From Desulfobacteraceae bacterium (lineage in GTDB: Bacteria > Desulfobacterota > DSM-4660 > Desulfatiglandales > HGW-15), in contig JASFEQ010000001.1 of assembly GCA_050124735.1 (NCBI GenBank), positions 1-47,287 of the forward strand: a stretch of DNA of 47,287 bases. Direction: 5' to 3'. A program made the translations under genes and the position numbers. Below are positions 19,060-26,441 of this stretch, in pieces; positions within the stretch are counted from its first letter, which is position 1, and each line of letters begins with the position of its first letter. The notes below the pieces were generated by a model. The model did not search any database. It worked only from the letters and a program-made list of their open reading frames with translations, and had not been told where the DNA came from.

Positions 19060-19102
19060 GACAGGCTTTATTCGGCCGAGACTCGGCCGAATAAAGCCTG
19101 TC
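19060..19102. other. perfect 43-bp palindrome (21-bp arms, 1-nt centre); stem-loop, possible terminator or protein site
   Basis: gacaggctttattcggccgag-a-ctcggccgaataaagcctgtc lies 22 nt after the ubiD-like stop. No U-tract follows. Confidence 0.6.
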
Positions 19103-19143
19103 CCGCTCAAATGAAGGTTATGGGTGAGTAAGGAGGCCAGATC

Positions 19144-19653
19144 ATGTCGGATGAAAACATATTGGCGGGCAAGAAAATCCTCATCGTGGATGATGAGCCT
19201 GATGTTTTGGATGTTTTGGAGGAACTACTCTCCATCTGCCATGTGAAAAAGGCTTCCACTTTTGATGAAGCCAGCAAGCTCCTGGAAGCAGAGGATTTCG
19301 ATTTGGCGATTTTGGATATTATGGGTGTTGACGGCTACAAGCTCCTGGACATGGCCAAGAAAAGGAACATAACGACCGTCATGTTGACCGCCCACGCATT
19401 CAGCCCTGACAATCTCGTGAAATCCATAAAAGAAGGAGCCGATTCTTACCTCCCCAAGGAGGAGATGAAAAATATTACGACTTTCTTGGTCGATATATTA
19501 AACGCCAAAAAAGAGAAGAAAAGTCCATGGGGTCCTTGGCAGGAGCGGTTGCCCTCCTCCTATTTTGAAAAGAGATGGGGGGCCGCGTGGAAGGATAATG
19601 ACAAGGAATTTTGGGAGAGATTCAGGGCAAGTATTAAAGCCAGGAAATCCTAA
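19144..19653 (+). CDS. stand-alone CheY-type response-regulator receiver with a Trp-rich C-terminal tail
   Basis: Acidic pocket IVDDEPD, phospho-acceptor D in LAILDIMG, T in VMLTAH, K in YLPK. The ~50-aa tail (SPWGPWQERLPSSYFEKRWGAAWKDNDKEFWERF) has no recognisable output domain. Confidence 0.8.
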   Translation: MSDENILAGKKILIVDDEPDVLDVLEELLSICHVKKASTFDEASKLLEAEDFDLAILDIMGVDGYKLLDMAKKRNITTVMLTAHAFSPDNLVKSIKEGADSYLPKEEMKNITTFLVDILNAKKEKKSPWGPWQERLPSSYFEKRWGAAWKDNDKEFWERFRASIKARKS

Positions 19654-19679
19654 TCACTTCTTAAGTTGGGAGGTTAGCC

Positions 19680-20936
19680 ATGGGGATTGCAGTGGTTGGC
19701 ATGCTTGATGAGCGGGAAGAGGGCCTGAGCATAATTAAGGAACACATAGAGAGACGTGGACATAAAGTGATCTTGATCGATATCACCATGGGTACGGGTG
19801 CGATCACGTCCTCCCTACAAGCGGAGATCTCCTGCGAAGACCTGGCTAAAGCGGGTGGAACAACCATAGATGCGATCAAGGAGATGCTGGCCAAAGAGAG
19901 AGACAAAGCCACGTCGATCATGGCGACAGGCCTGGGTAAGAGGTTGGTCGATCTTTACCAGGCCGGCGAATTGGAAGGGATTATAGCTGTCGGCGGCATG
20001 ACGGGGACATTCATCACCCTCTCTGCCATGAAACAATTGCCATTCGGAATGCCTAAGGTCCTCATCTCGAGCGTAGCGGCCATGCCAGCCTATGCAAAGA
20101 AGCTGGCGGAGTATTTTGGGGTCAGAGATATCACTGTGATGCACAGTGTGGTTGATACGGTGGGCCTAAATCCCCTGGTGAGGAATCTGATGGCGAATGG
20201 CGCTGGTGCCATATGCGGTATGGTTGAGGAATTGGAACCATCCCCAGAGGCAGAAAAACCCTCTATTGCCATCACCGAATTTGGCTTCTGCGACAAAGGG
20301 GCCCATTATGTAAGAGAACTCCTGGAAGAGGATTACAATATCATCTCCTTCCATGCCACCGGACTGGGGGAGAAGGCGGCCGTGGACCTGGTCAGCCAAG
20401 GCTTATTCGAGGCATTTATCGACCTAGTTCCGGGCGGTTTCAGCGAATTTCTCCTGGGAGGAAATCGTGCTGCAGGCCCGGACCGCTTGGATGCCGGTAT
20501 AAATCAGGGCAAACCCTATATCCTCTCACCATGCGGATTTGATATGATCAGTTGTGGGCCTATACAGAGAAGAGATGAAGGTGACCCCCTTTGGGTCTCC
20601 CGCAAGCTGGCAGAGAGGAAACTTCTACTTCAGGATGCCATGAGGGTCCAGGCCAGAACAAGTCTGGAAGAAATACACACCATTGCGCGAGCTGTGGCTG
20701 AAAAACTGAACAGGCATGAGGACAAAAAGCTGGTCAAGTTTGTCATCCCGACCCAGGGTTTCTCCTCGATCAGTGTAAAGGGAGGTGCCTTATATGATCC
20801 GGACTTAGACCGGGCCTTTATTGATGAACTGAGAAAGAATTTGGATCCCGAAATAGAAATCATAGAGGTTGAGACCCACATCAACACACCGGAATTTGGT
20901 AGATCCGTTGTGGAGGCCCTCAAGCAGATTCTGTGA
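19680..20936 (+). CDS. UPF0261 / Tm-1-like ATP-binding domain protein
   Basis: 418 aa. The pattern VGMLDEREEGL...GHKVILID..., GIIAVGGMTGTFITLSAMKQLPFGMPKVLISSVA, FHATGLGEKA and HINTPEF matches the UPF0261 family as I recall it. Confidence 0.65.
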   Translation: MGIAVVGMLDEREEGLSIIKEHIERRGHKVILIDITMGTGAITSSLQAEISCEDLAKAGGTTIDAIKEMLAKERDKATSIMATGLGKRLVDLYQAGELEGIIAVGGMTGTFITLSAMKQLPFGMPKVLISSVAAMPAYAKKLAEYFGVRDITVMHSVVDTVGLNPLVRNLMANGAGAICGMVEELEPSPEAEKPSIAITEFGFCDKGAHYVRELLEEDYNIISFHATGLGEKAAVDLVSQGLFEAFIDLVPGGFSEFLLGGNRAAGPDRLDAGINQGKPYILSPCGFDMISCGPIQRRDEGDPLWVSRKLAERKLLLQDAMRVQARTSLEEIHTIARAVAEKLNRHEDKKLVKFVIPTQGFSSISVKGGALYDPDLDRAFIDELRKNLDPEIEIIEVETHINTPEFGRSVVEALKQIL

Positions 20937-20993
20937 ATGAAGACAATGTTAGTGAATGATAGATAACTGAACAAGGAAAGAGAAGGTCTTGTT

Positions 20994-21554
20994 ATGTCAA
21001 AACGCATTGTGATTGGAATATCAGGGGCAAGCGGCGTGATTTATGGGATAAAAATGCTCAATCTTCTTCAGGAAAAGGACTTTCAGACCCATCTCATTAT
21101 CTCCGAATCCGGAAGGCAGAACATTGAGATTGAGACGAGCTACAAGGCCGATGAGGTGGCTGCCATGGCCGACTATACGTATGACAACAGGGATGTGGGC
21201 GCCGCTCTCGCCAGCGGCTCATACTTAACCGAAGGTATGGTGGTTGTTCCGTGTACCATAAAGACACTATCCGGGATTGCCAATTCTTACACAAACAACC
21301 TCCTCGTCAGGGCGGCTGATGTGACTTTGAAAGAAAAGCGGAAACTGGTTCTCATGGTGAGAGAAACGCCACTCCACGTGGGCCACCTCAGCCTTATGAT
21401 GAAGACCGCCAACATGGGGGCCCACATTTTGCCACCCATACCCTCTTTCTATCATAAACCGAAAAGCATTGACGATATTATCCACCAAACCATAGGGAAG
21501 ATCTTTGATTACATAGGGATAGAGCACAATCTGTTCAAAAGGTGGGGCGAGTAA
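20994..21554 (+). CDS. ubiX: flavin prenyltransferase UbiX
   Basis: IGISGASGVIYGIKML, VVPCTIKTLSGIANSYTNNLLVRAADVTLKEKRKLVLMVRETPL. 186 aa. Confidence 0.9.
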   Translation: MSKRIVIGISGASGVIYGIKMLNLLQEKDFQTHLIISESGRQNIEIETSYKADEVAAMADYTYDNRDVGAALASGSYLTEGMVVVPCTIKTLSGIANSYTNNLLVRAADVTLKEKRKLVLMVRETPLHVGHLSLMMKTANMGAHILPPIPSFYHKPKSIDDIIHQTIGKIFDYIGIEHNLFKRWGE

Positions 21555-21580
21555 GACAGTGGGAAGGTGTGATAGAGGGA

Positions 21581-22423
21581 TTAATATTCGGGGGGTAATT
21601 CCTTGAGTTGAGCCAAGGAAAAGACGGGGCCATCCTTGCAAACATATTGATCTCCGATATTGCATCGCCCGCACATGCCAATGCCGCATTTCATGCGCAT
21701 TTCCAGGGAAAGGATAATTTTTTCAGGAGAAAACTTTCGTTCTTCCAGGACAGGCTCTGTTAATTTGATCATAATGGGCGGACCGCACACAATGGCGATG
21801 GCGTTATCGGCACTGGTGATCTTCTGTTTCGTTATCTCAGGCACAAACCCCACATTATATTTCCATTTGGGATCATCGGTGGCATCCACGGTGATGTGCA
21901 TATTGATATCATCCCTTTGTTCCCATTTTGCCAGCTCATCCTTGTAAAGCAACATACCTGGAGCCCTGGCCCCGTATATGACGGTGATGTCTTTGAACTT
22001 TGGACGATTATCCGGATGTAGCATATAGACGATACTTGATCTCAATGTGGTGAAGGCAAAGCCACCCCCGATAATCACCACATTTTTACCTTCCATTTCT
22101 CTCCACGGGTACCAGTTCCCAAGAGGCCCCCGAATGCCCATCGCATCACCCTCTCTCATGTTATGGAGATGGTTCGTGACAAGCCCTACCCTATTCACCG
22201 TAAAAGTGAGAAAACCCTTTTCCGTGGGAGATGAGGCGATGCCGATGGGGATCTCTCCCTTTCCCGCGATGGACAACTCTGCGAATTGGCCAGGGACATA
22301 GGTAAACTTCTTCCCATCCTCAGGGTTGAGGAAGACCAACCTGAAGGTCTTGAGATTTTCATCTTCAGTCTCGGTGGTAATTTTATCGATACGAACCGGA
22401 TAGGGCAAATAAGGATTTTCCAA
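21581..22423 (-). CDS. FAD/NAD(P)H-binding oxidoreductase with C-terminal 2Fe-2S motif (FlxA / HydG / AsrB-like)
   Basis: Ferredoxin-reductase-type fold (PGQFAELSI, VVIIGGGFAFTTL) and a C-terminal CGIGMCGRCNIGDQYVCKDGPVF. Confidence 0.8.
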   Translation of the reverse strand: MENPYLPYPVRIDKITTETEDENLKTFRLVFLNPEDGKKFTYVPGQFAELSIAGKGEIPIGIASSPTEKGFLTFTVNRVGLVTNHLHNMREGDAMGIRGPLGNWYPWREMEGKNVVIIGGGFAFTTLRSSIVYMLHPDNRPKFKDITVIYGARAPGMLLYKDELAKWEQRDDINMHITVDATDDPKWKYNVGFVPEITKQKITSADNAIAIVCGPPIMIKLTEPVLEERKFSPEKIILSLEMRMKCGIGMCGRCNIGDQYVCKDGPVFSLAQLKELPPEY

Positions 22424-22450
22424 TGGGCCGCCCCTTCATTCTTAATTTGA

Positions 22451-23488
22451 TCAAAAGTTGTTCATTAATTGGAAAACCTGCCTGATATCTATGTTCACGG
22501 GACACTGCTGGACGCAACGACCACATCCCGAGCATTGAACCCCATTGTTGTATTTGTCCACGTAATACTTCAGTTTGTGCATAAACCGCTGACGTACACG
22601 CTGGACCTTTCTCTCTCTCGGATTGTGACCGGAGGCGTGAAAGGTGAAAAGGGGAAACATGCAGGAATCCCAGTTCCTGATGCGATCTCCAGCCTTTCCC
22701 TGCACCTCATCCTGGATATCAAAGCACCAGCATGTGGGGCAAAGGTAGGTGCAGGTGCCGCAATTGATGCATGCAAAAGCCGTCTCTTCCCAGAAAGGTG
22801 CCTCAAAGACCTCCTTTACCGCCTTTGCACGCAACCTGTCTGTAGGAACCTCAGATGCTATTTTTTCCGCAGCGGCTGTGGCCAGTTCTTCAGCCTGTTC
22901 CAGCGTGGATTCATTGGGCGAAGATTTCTGTCCCGTCTTTTCTAAAAACGTCTCCCCTTTTTCGGTCAGGGCCCGGGCCAAAAAGGAATCTCCCAGGTCG
23001 AATAAGAGCACATCCAGCCCTTTTTCATCAAAGGGACCCCCGCCTACTGATGTACAGAAACATGTGGCACAGGGCTCGTTGCAGCCCAGTCCCACCAGCG
23101 TGGTCTCCCCAAAACGTTGAACCCACCACGGATCTCTGTATTCACGGTTGTCAAAATTGGCTCTAACGATCTGAAAGGCATGTGCATCGCAGGGCCTTAT
23201 ACCCACGATCGCTTGGGGGAAATAGTCTTTTGATGCCTCTTTTAGGATCATGGCATCAGGGCTGTTATTTTCGAGCGCGTATTCAAACATACGCTCCGAT
23301 TGGGGATAAACAAGAGACTTGGGGCTGAGGCGCGTGTTCCGGAACGTGAAGTCAGGCTTCTTCCCCTCGTCTATGGACCTGAAAACGTGAAAATCCCCGT
23401 CCTTGACCGGAACGATTATCTTATAAGCTTCTCGCAGGCCTTCTAAAGCCTTGGTCCATTCTTCATTGGTGAATAGCGTATTGCGCAT
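22451..23488 (-). CDS. 4Fe-4S protein, AsrA / sulfhydrogenase-beta / FlxB-like
   Basis: 345 aa with CINCGTCTYLCPTCWCFD and CSGCGRCVQQCPVNIDI. Adjacent to the FAD/NAD subunit, as in asrAB/hydBG/flxAB. Confidence 0.7.
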   Translation of the reverse strand: MRNTLFTNEEWTKALEGLREAYKIIVPVKDGDFHVFRSIDEGKKPDFTFRNTRLSPKSLVYPQSERMFEYALENNSPDAMILKEASKDYFPQAIVGIRPCDAHAFQIVRANFDNREYRDPWWVQRFGETTLVGLGCNEPCATCFCTSVGGGPFDEKGLDVLLFDLGDSFLARALTEKGETFLEKTGQKSSPNESTLEQAEELATAAAEKIASEVPTDRLRAKAVKEVFEAPFWEETAFACINCGTCTYLCPTCWCFDIQDEVQGKAGDRIRNWDSCMFPLFTFHASGHNPRERKVQRVRQRFMHKLKYYVDKYNNGVQCSGCGRCVQQCPVNIDIRQVFQLMNNF

Positions 23489-23604
23489 ATAATTTCCGTT
23501 TTTTGTTCTTGCATTCCCTCTGGTTCATTGTGAGGCGAGAGATCCAAGTCATTGGGGAGAGTACTGACACCCAGGGCCTTCCAAACGTTTCACACCGGAC
23601 TCAT

Positions 23605-24555
23605 TTACCGAATGAACGCATTGTAATCATCTGGTCTGTATACGTCCAGGGGAGGTCTCTGATCCAGATCAAGCCCCGCCTCCCAGGAAAAGAGCTCCTG
23701 CGCGTCCTTGTTCAGTTTCTTGGTAAATTGGCGCACCGGAATACCCACCGGGCAAGCCCTCTCACAGGCGCCGCAGTCGGTGCATCGTCCGGCGCAGTGG
23801 TACGCCCGCAGAATGTGGAAGGTCATGGTGTCTATGGGATCATTACTCTTCCCCACCCATTGTGGCCTTGATTCATCCACAAAGCAGGTGGGGCAGTAAC
23901 ACAAAGGGCAGGCCTCTCTACACGCATAACACCGGATGCAGTTGGAAATGGCCCGCGTGAAAAATCCCCACTTCTGCTCACTACTCATCTTCTCAGTATT
24001 TTCCACATCTTTGTATGCAGCGACTTTTTTCTGCTCTTCAACGGGTTCGTCCACCATTTCATCATATTCAACAGGATTTCGATGGGTACAGATGGCGCAG
24101 TTGGTTTGCAGAAAATCCTTTTTGTCAAACTTCTCTTCAAAATCCCGGCCACTGACGGTGAATTGGCCGCCCCTTTCTGCCACCTCCAATATTTCCCTCA
24201 AACCCACAGCCCTTTCCACGGCTCTGTGATTGATCATGCCGGTGCAAGGGATCCCGACGATATAGAGCTGTTCTCGTCTTATCTGATTTTCTGTGACATG
24301 GGTGACTATATTTCTCGAATTGCAGCCATTCGCCACAATACCCATTCTATCTGTTCTCTTTGTGATATAGTTGCAGAGGTTGAGACCACAGTGGCTATCC
24401 CAGTGAAGAAGATTGACCTCTTCCGGGTTTCTGATGAGAACAGGCGCATTCATCATGGGCACCGTGCCTTTCTTGTACCCAATAAAGACGTCTACAGTAC
24501 CCTTTTCAAGAAGCTTCTTAGCGATTTCTCTGATCTTTTCACTGTATTCCAGCAT
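23605..24555 (-). CDS. 4Fe-4S protein, FlxC-like
   Basis: 316 aa with CIRCYACREACPLCYCPTCF and CTDCGACERACPVGIP. Its ATG overlaps the mvhD-like stop in TAATG. Confidence 0.65.
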   Translation of the reverse strand: MLEYSEKIREIAKKLLEKGTVDVFIGYKKGTVPMMNAPVLIRNPEEVNLLHWDSHCGLNLCNYITKRTDRMGIVANGCNSRNIVTHVTENQIRREQLYIVGIPCTGMINHRAVERAVGLREILEVAERGGQFTVSGRDFEEKFDKKDFLQTNCAICTHRNPVEYDEMVDEPVEEQKKVAAYKDVENTEKMSSEQKWGFFTRAISNCIRCYACREACPLCYCPTCFVDESRPQWVGKSNDPIDTMTFHILRAYHCAGRCTDCGACERACPVGIPVRQFTKKLNKDAQELFSWEAGLDLDQRPPLDVYRPDDYNAFIR

Positions 24556-24986
24556 TACGCCACCTTGGCTCTTTTCTTGATGAGGTATTTCGCGGGGCCC
24601 AGAGTTTTCACTTCCTCTGTGATGGCCTGCGCCACTTCAACAAATTTTGTGGCCTCGGCGGAAGATATCCAGGAGAAATGGAGCCTGCCCGCTTCGATGC
24701 CGATATGTTCCAAAAGCCCTTTCAATAAAGCGAATTTCCTTCGCGCGTAGTAATTACCCTCCAGGTAATGGCAGTCCCCTGGGTGTCACCCTGAAACCCA
24801 CACACCGTCTGATCCCTGCCGGAAGGCGGCCAGTATAAACTTAGGGCTTACCCGGCCAGAACAGGGAACCCTGATCATCCTAAAATTGGGGGGGTATTGA
24901 AGACGGCTCACACCAGCCAGGTCTGCCGCACCATAACTGCACCAGTAACAGAGAAAAGTCGTAATTTTTGGTTCCCAATCGTTCAT
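24555..24986 (-). CDS. mvhD: MvhD/FlxD-like 2Fe-2S protein, predicted selenoprotein (in-frame UGA at 24786-24788)
   Basis: MNDWEPKITTFLCYWCSYGAADLAGVSRLQYPPNFRMIRVPCSGRV...DGVWVSG-[UGA]-HPGDCHYLEGNYYARRKF...LGPAKYLIKKRAKVA. The UGA replaces the Cys of the conserved GC-x-x-GDCHY motif. The frame stays open for 76 more codons and ends in TAATG with the next gene. RBS ggggaga precedes the ATG at 24986. Confidence 0.8.
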
Positions 24987-25147
24987 CTTATCTCCCCATT
25001 GAGCAGGACCTAAAATGGGCTCACATTGTGGAATTATGGGTACCAAACTTGAAAGACAGTACCCGGACAAGATAACGCCCGAAACAGGAAAAAGGGCATG
25101 CGTAGGACGACTCAACAGCCCTCACTGTGAATTTTCAGAGGCCTTAT

Positions 25148-25411
25148 GAGACTGTCGAAAAACCGGCTTCTGAGAGGCTGATGGAAAATGTCCATATGCA
25201 AGTTGAGCCTTGCGAAATCCCGCTCTGTCGTAGATCCCGCTCGCGGGACGGGAGCTTCCGAAATCCCGAGGAATGAGGCGTACATATAGTACGCTGCAGT
25301 GACGAGGGATGAGGGTAACGCAGCCCTTCGATGCTTCGACGTTGCATAGCATCGACCCTGAGCTTGTCGAACGGCCTGCCGAACGGCAGATAGGCTTTTT
25401 CCGAAAGCCTC
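25148..25411. repeat. dispersed modular MITE-like repeat, copy B (264 bp)
   Basis: Near-identical to 45977-46265 and, minus two inserts, to 38636-38786. The imperfect terminal inverted repeats are gagactgtcgaaaaacc and ggctttttccgaaagcctc. Confidence 0.8.
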
Positions 25412-26181
25412 TATAGCATATATTGTTTTTCTAAGCTATGACTGATTTTCTCAGCCGATTCCTTAGTCGCCTTTATGACGCCCTCCATCTTATCGTCATT
25501 CAGACTCGTCTTGAATCCTACAACCCAGATGGCTGATATCAGATGATTCTCTGCCTTAATGGGCGAAGCTACTGCCCGGACGCCAAGGATGTACTCCTCA
25601 TAATCGGTAGCATATCCTTTCTCCCTCGCCATTCTTACCGCCTGAAGATACCCCTCCGGATCTGTAATCGAATGCTCTGTAAAAGAGGAAAGCCCCTTCT
25701 TGCGAATGATTTCCCTGGCCTTCTCATCGCGCATCGTCGCCAAAAAGACTTTTCCTACCGCCCCGGCCAGCAGAGGAATGGTGGCACCCCTTGTGGAAGT
25801 CATCTTGAGGTCTTGTTTGGACTCAACGATGTCGAGGATGGTGACGCGTTCTCCATTCAAGACGCCCACAAATACCGATTCCTCCGTCTTTTCCATCAAG
25901 TCTTCCATGACGGGTCTTACCAGGTCTTTTAGATCGATTTGGGAGTAGGCAGATCTCCCCAGTTCAAGGAGTGTGAGGCCCAATATATATCGCTTTGTCG
26001 TCGGGTCTCGTATGATGGTCCCCAACGCCTCCAGGGCCGAGGTAATTCCGTGGACGGTGCTTTTGCCGATTTCAAGACGCTTTGCCAGGTCACTGATGCC
26101 CAGTCCCCCATCGGTATCGGAGATGAGCTTCAGGATTTGAAAGGCCTTTTTTACGGAAGGGGCTTGATACTTTCCGGACAT
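25411..26181 (-). CDS. IclR-family transcriptional regulator
   Basis: N-terminal wHTH (AFQILKLISDTDGGLGISDLAKRLEIGKSTVHGITSAL) and a C-terminal IclR effector domain. 256 aa. Confidence 0.85.
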   Translation of the reverse strand: MSGKYQAPSVKKAFQILKLISDTDGGLGISDLAKRLEIGKSTVHGITSALEALGTIIRDPTTKRYILGLTLLELGRSAYSQIDLKDLVRPVMEDLMEKTEESVFVGVLNGERVTILDIVESKQDLKMTSTRGATIPLLAGAVGKVFLATMRDEKAREIIRKKGLSSFTEHSITDPEGYLQAVRMAREKGYATDYEEYILGVRAVASPIKAENHLISAIWVVGFKTSLNDDKMEGVIKATKESAEKISHSLEKQYML

Positions 26182-26307
26182 CGTTCTCCATGCTGAACAA
26201 ATTTGGACACTTTACATCCTTTACTATCTTCTGTCAACAACTATTTATTCCGAATCTATTTGCCCCATACTAACACGCTAGAGAACTGCGGGGGCGAGCT
26301 TTTCCCC

Positions 26308-26335
26308 TTGACAAAAGGCAGAAACCTGTTATCAT
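26308..26335 (+). promoter_or_regulatory. candidate sigma70 promoter TTGACA-N16-TATCAT for the hdrA-like operon
   Basis: ccTTGACAaaaggcagaaacctgtTATCATtcg lies about 105 nt upstream of the hdrA-like start. Confidence 0.4.
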
Positions 26336-26349
26336 TCGTTCAGCTTACT

Positions 26350-26365
26350 GTTCATAATGATGAAC
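26350..26365. promoter_or_regulatory. candidate operator palindrome GTTCAT-N4-ATGAAC
   Basis: gttcataatgatgaac lies 15 bp downstream of the putative -10, in the divergent iclR/hdrA region. Confidence 0.3.
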
Positions 26366-26441
26366 TTTAGAACCAAGGCCATGAAAGCAGGGCCGAGTCC
26401 TCGGATGAATCTCATCCCAGGCATCATAGGGGTTAGCTGCG

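Noticed and set aside
25122-25352. ORFs of 76 and 67 aa on the minus strand (also 38606..38809, 45863..46288 and 45997..46182)
   Set aside because: All are translations of the three copies of the MITE-like repeat. Their similarity exists at nucleotide level, including non-coding termini and indels that break the frames.
25787-25805. Sigma54-like TGGCAC element
   Set aside because: The GG/GC spacing does not fit the -24/-12 consensus, and the sequence lies inside the IclR coding region.
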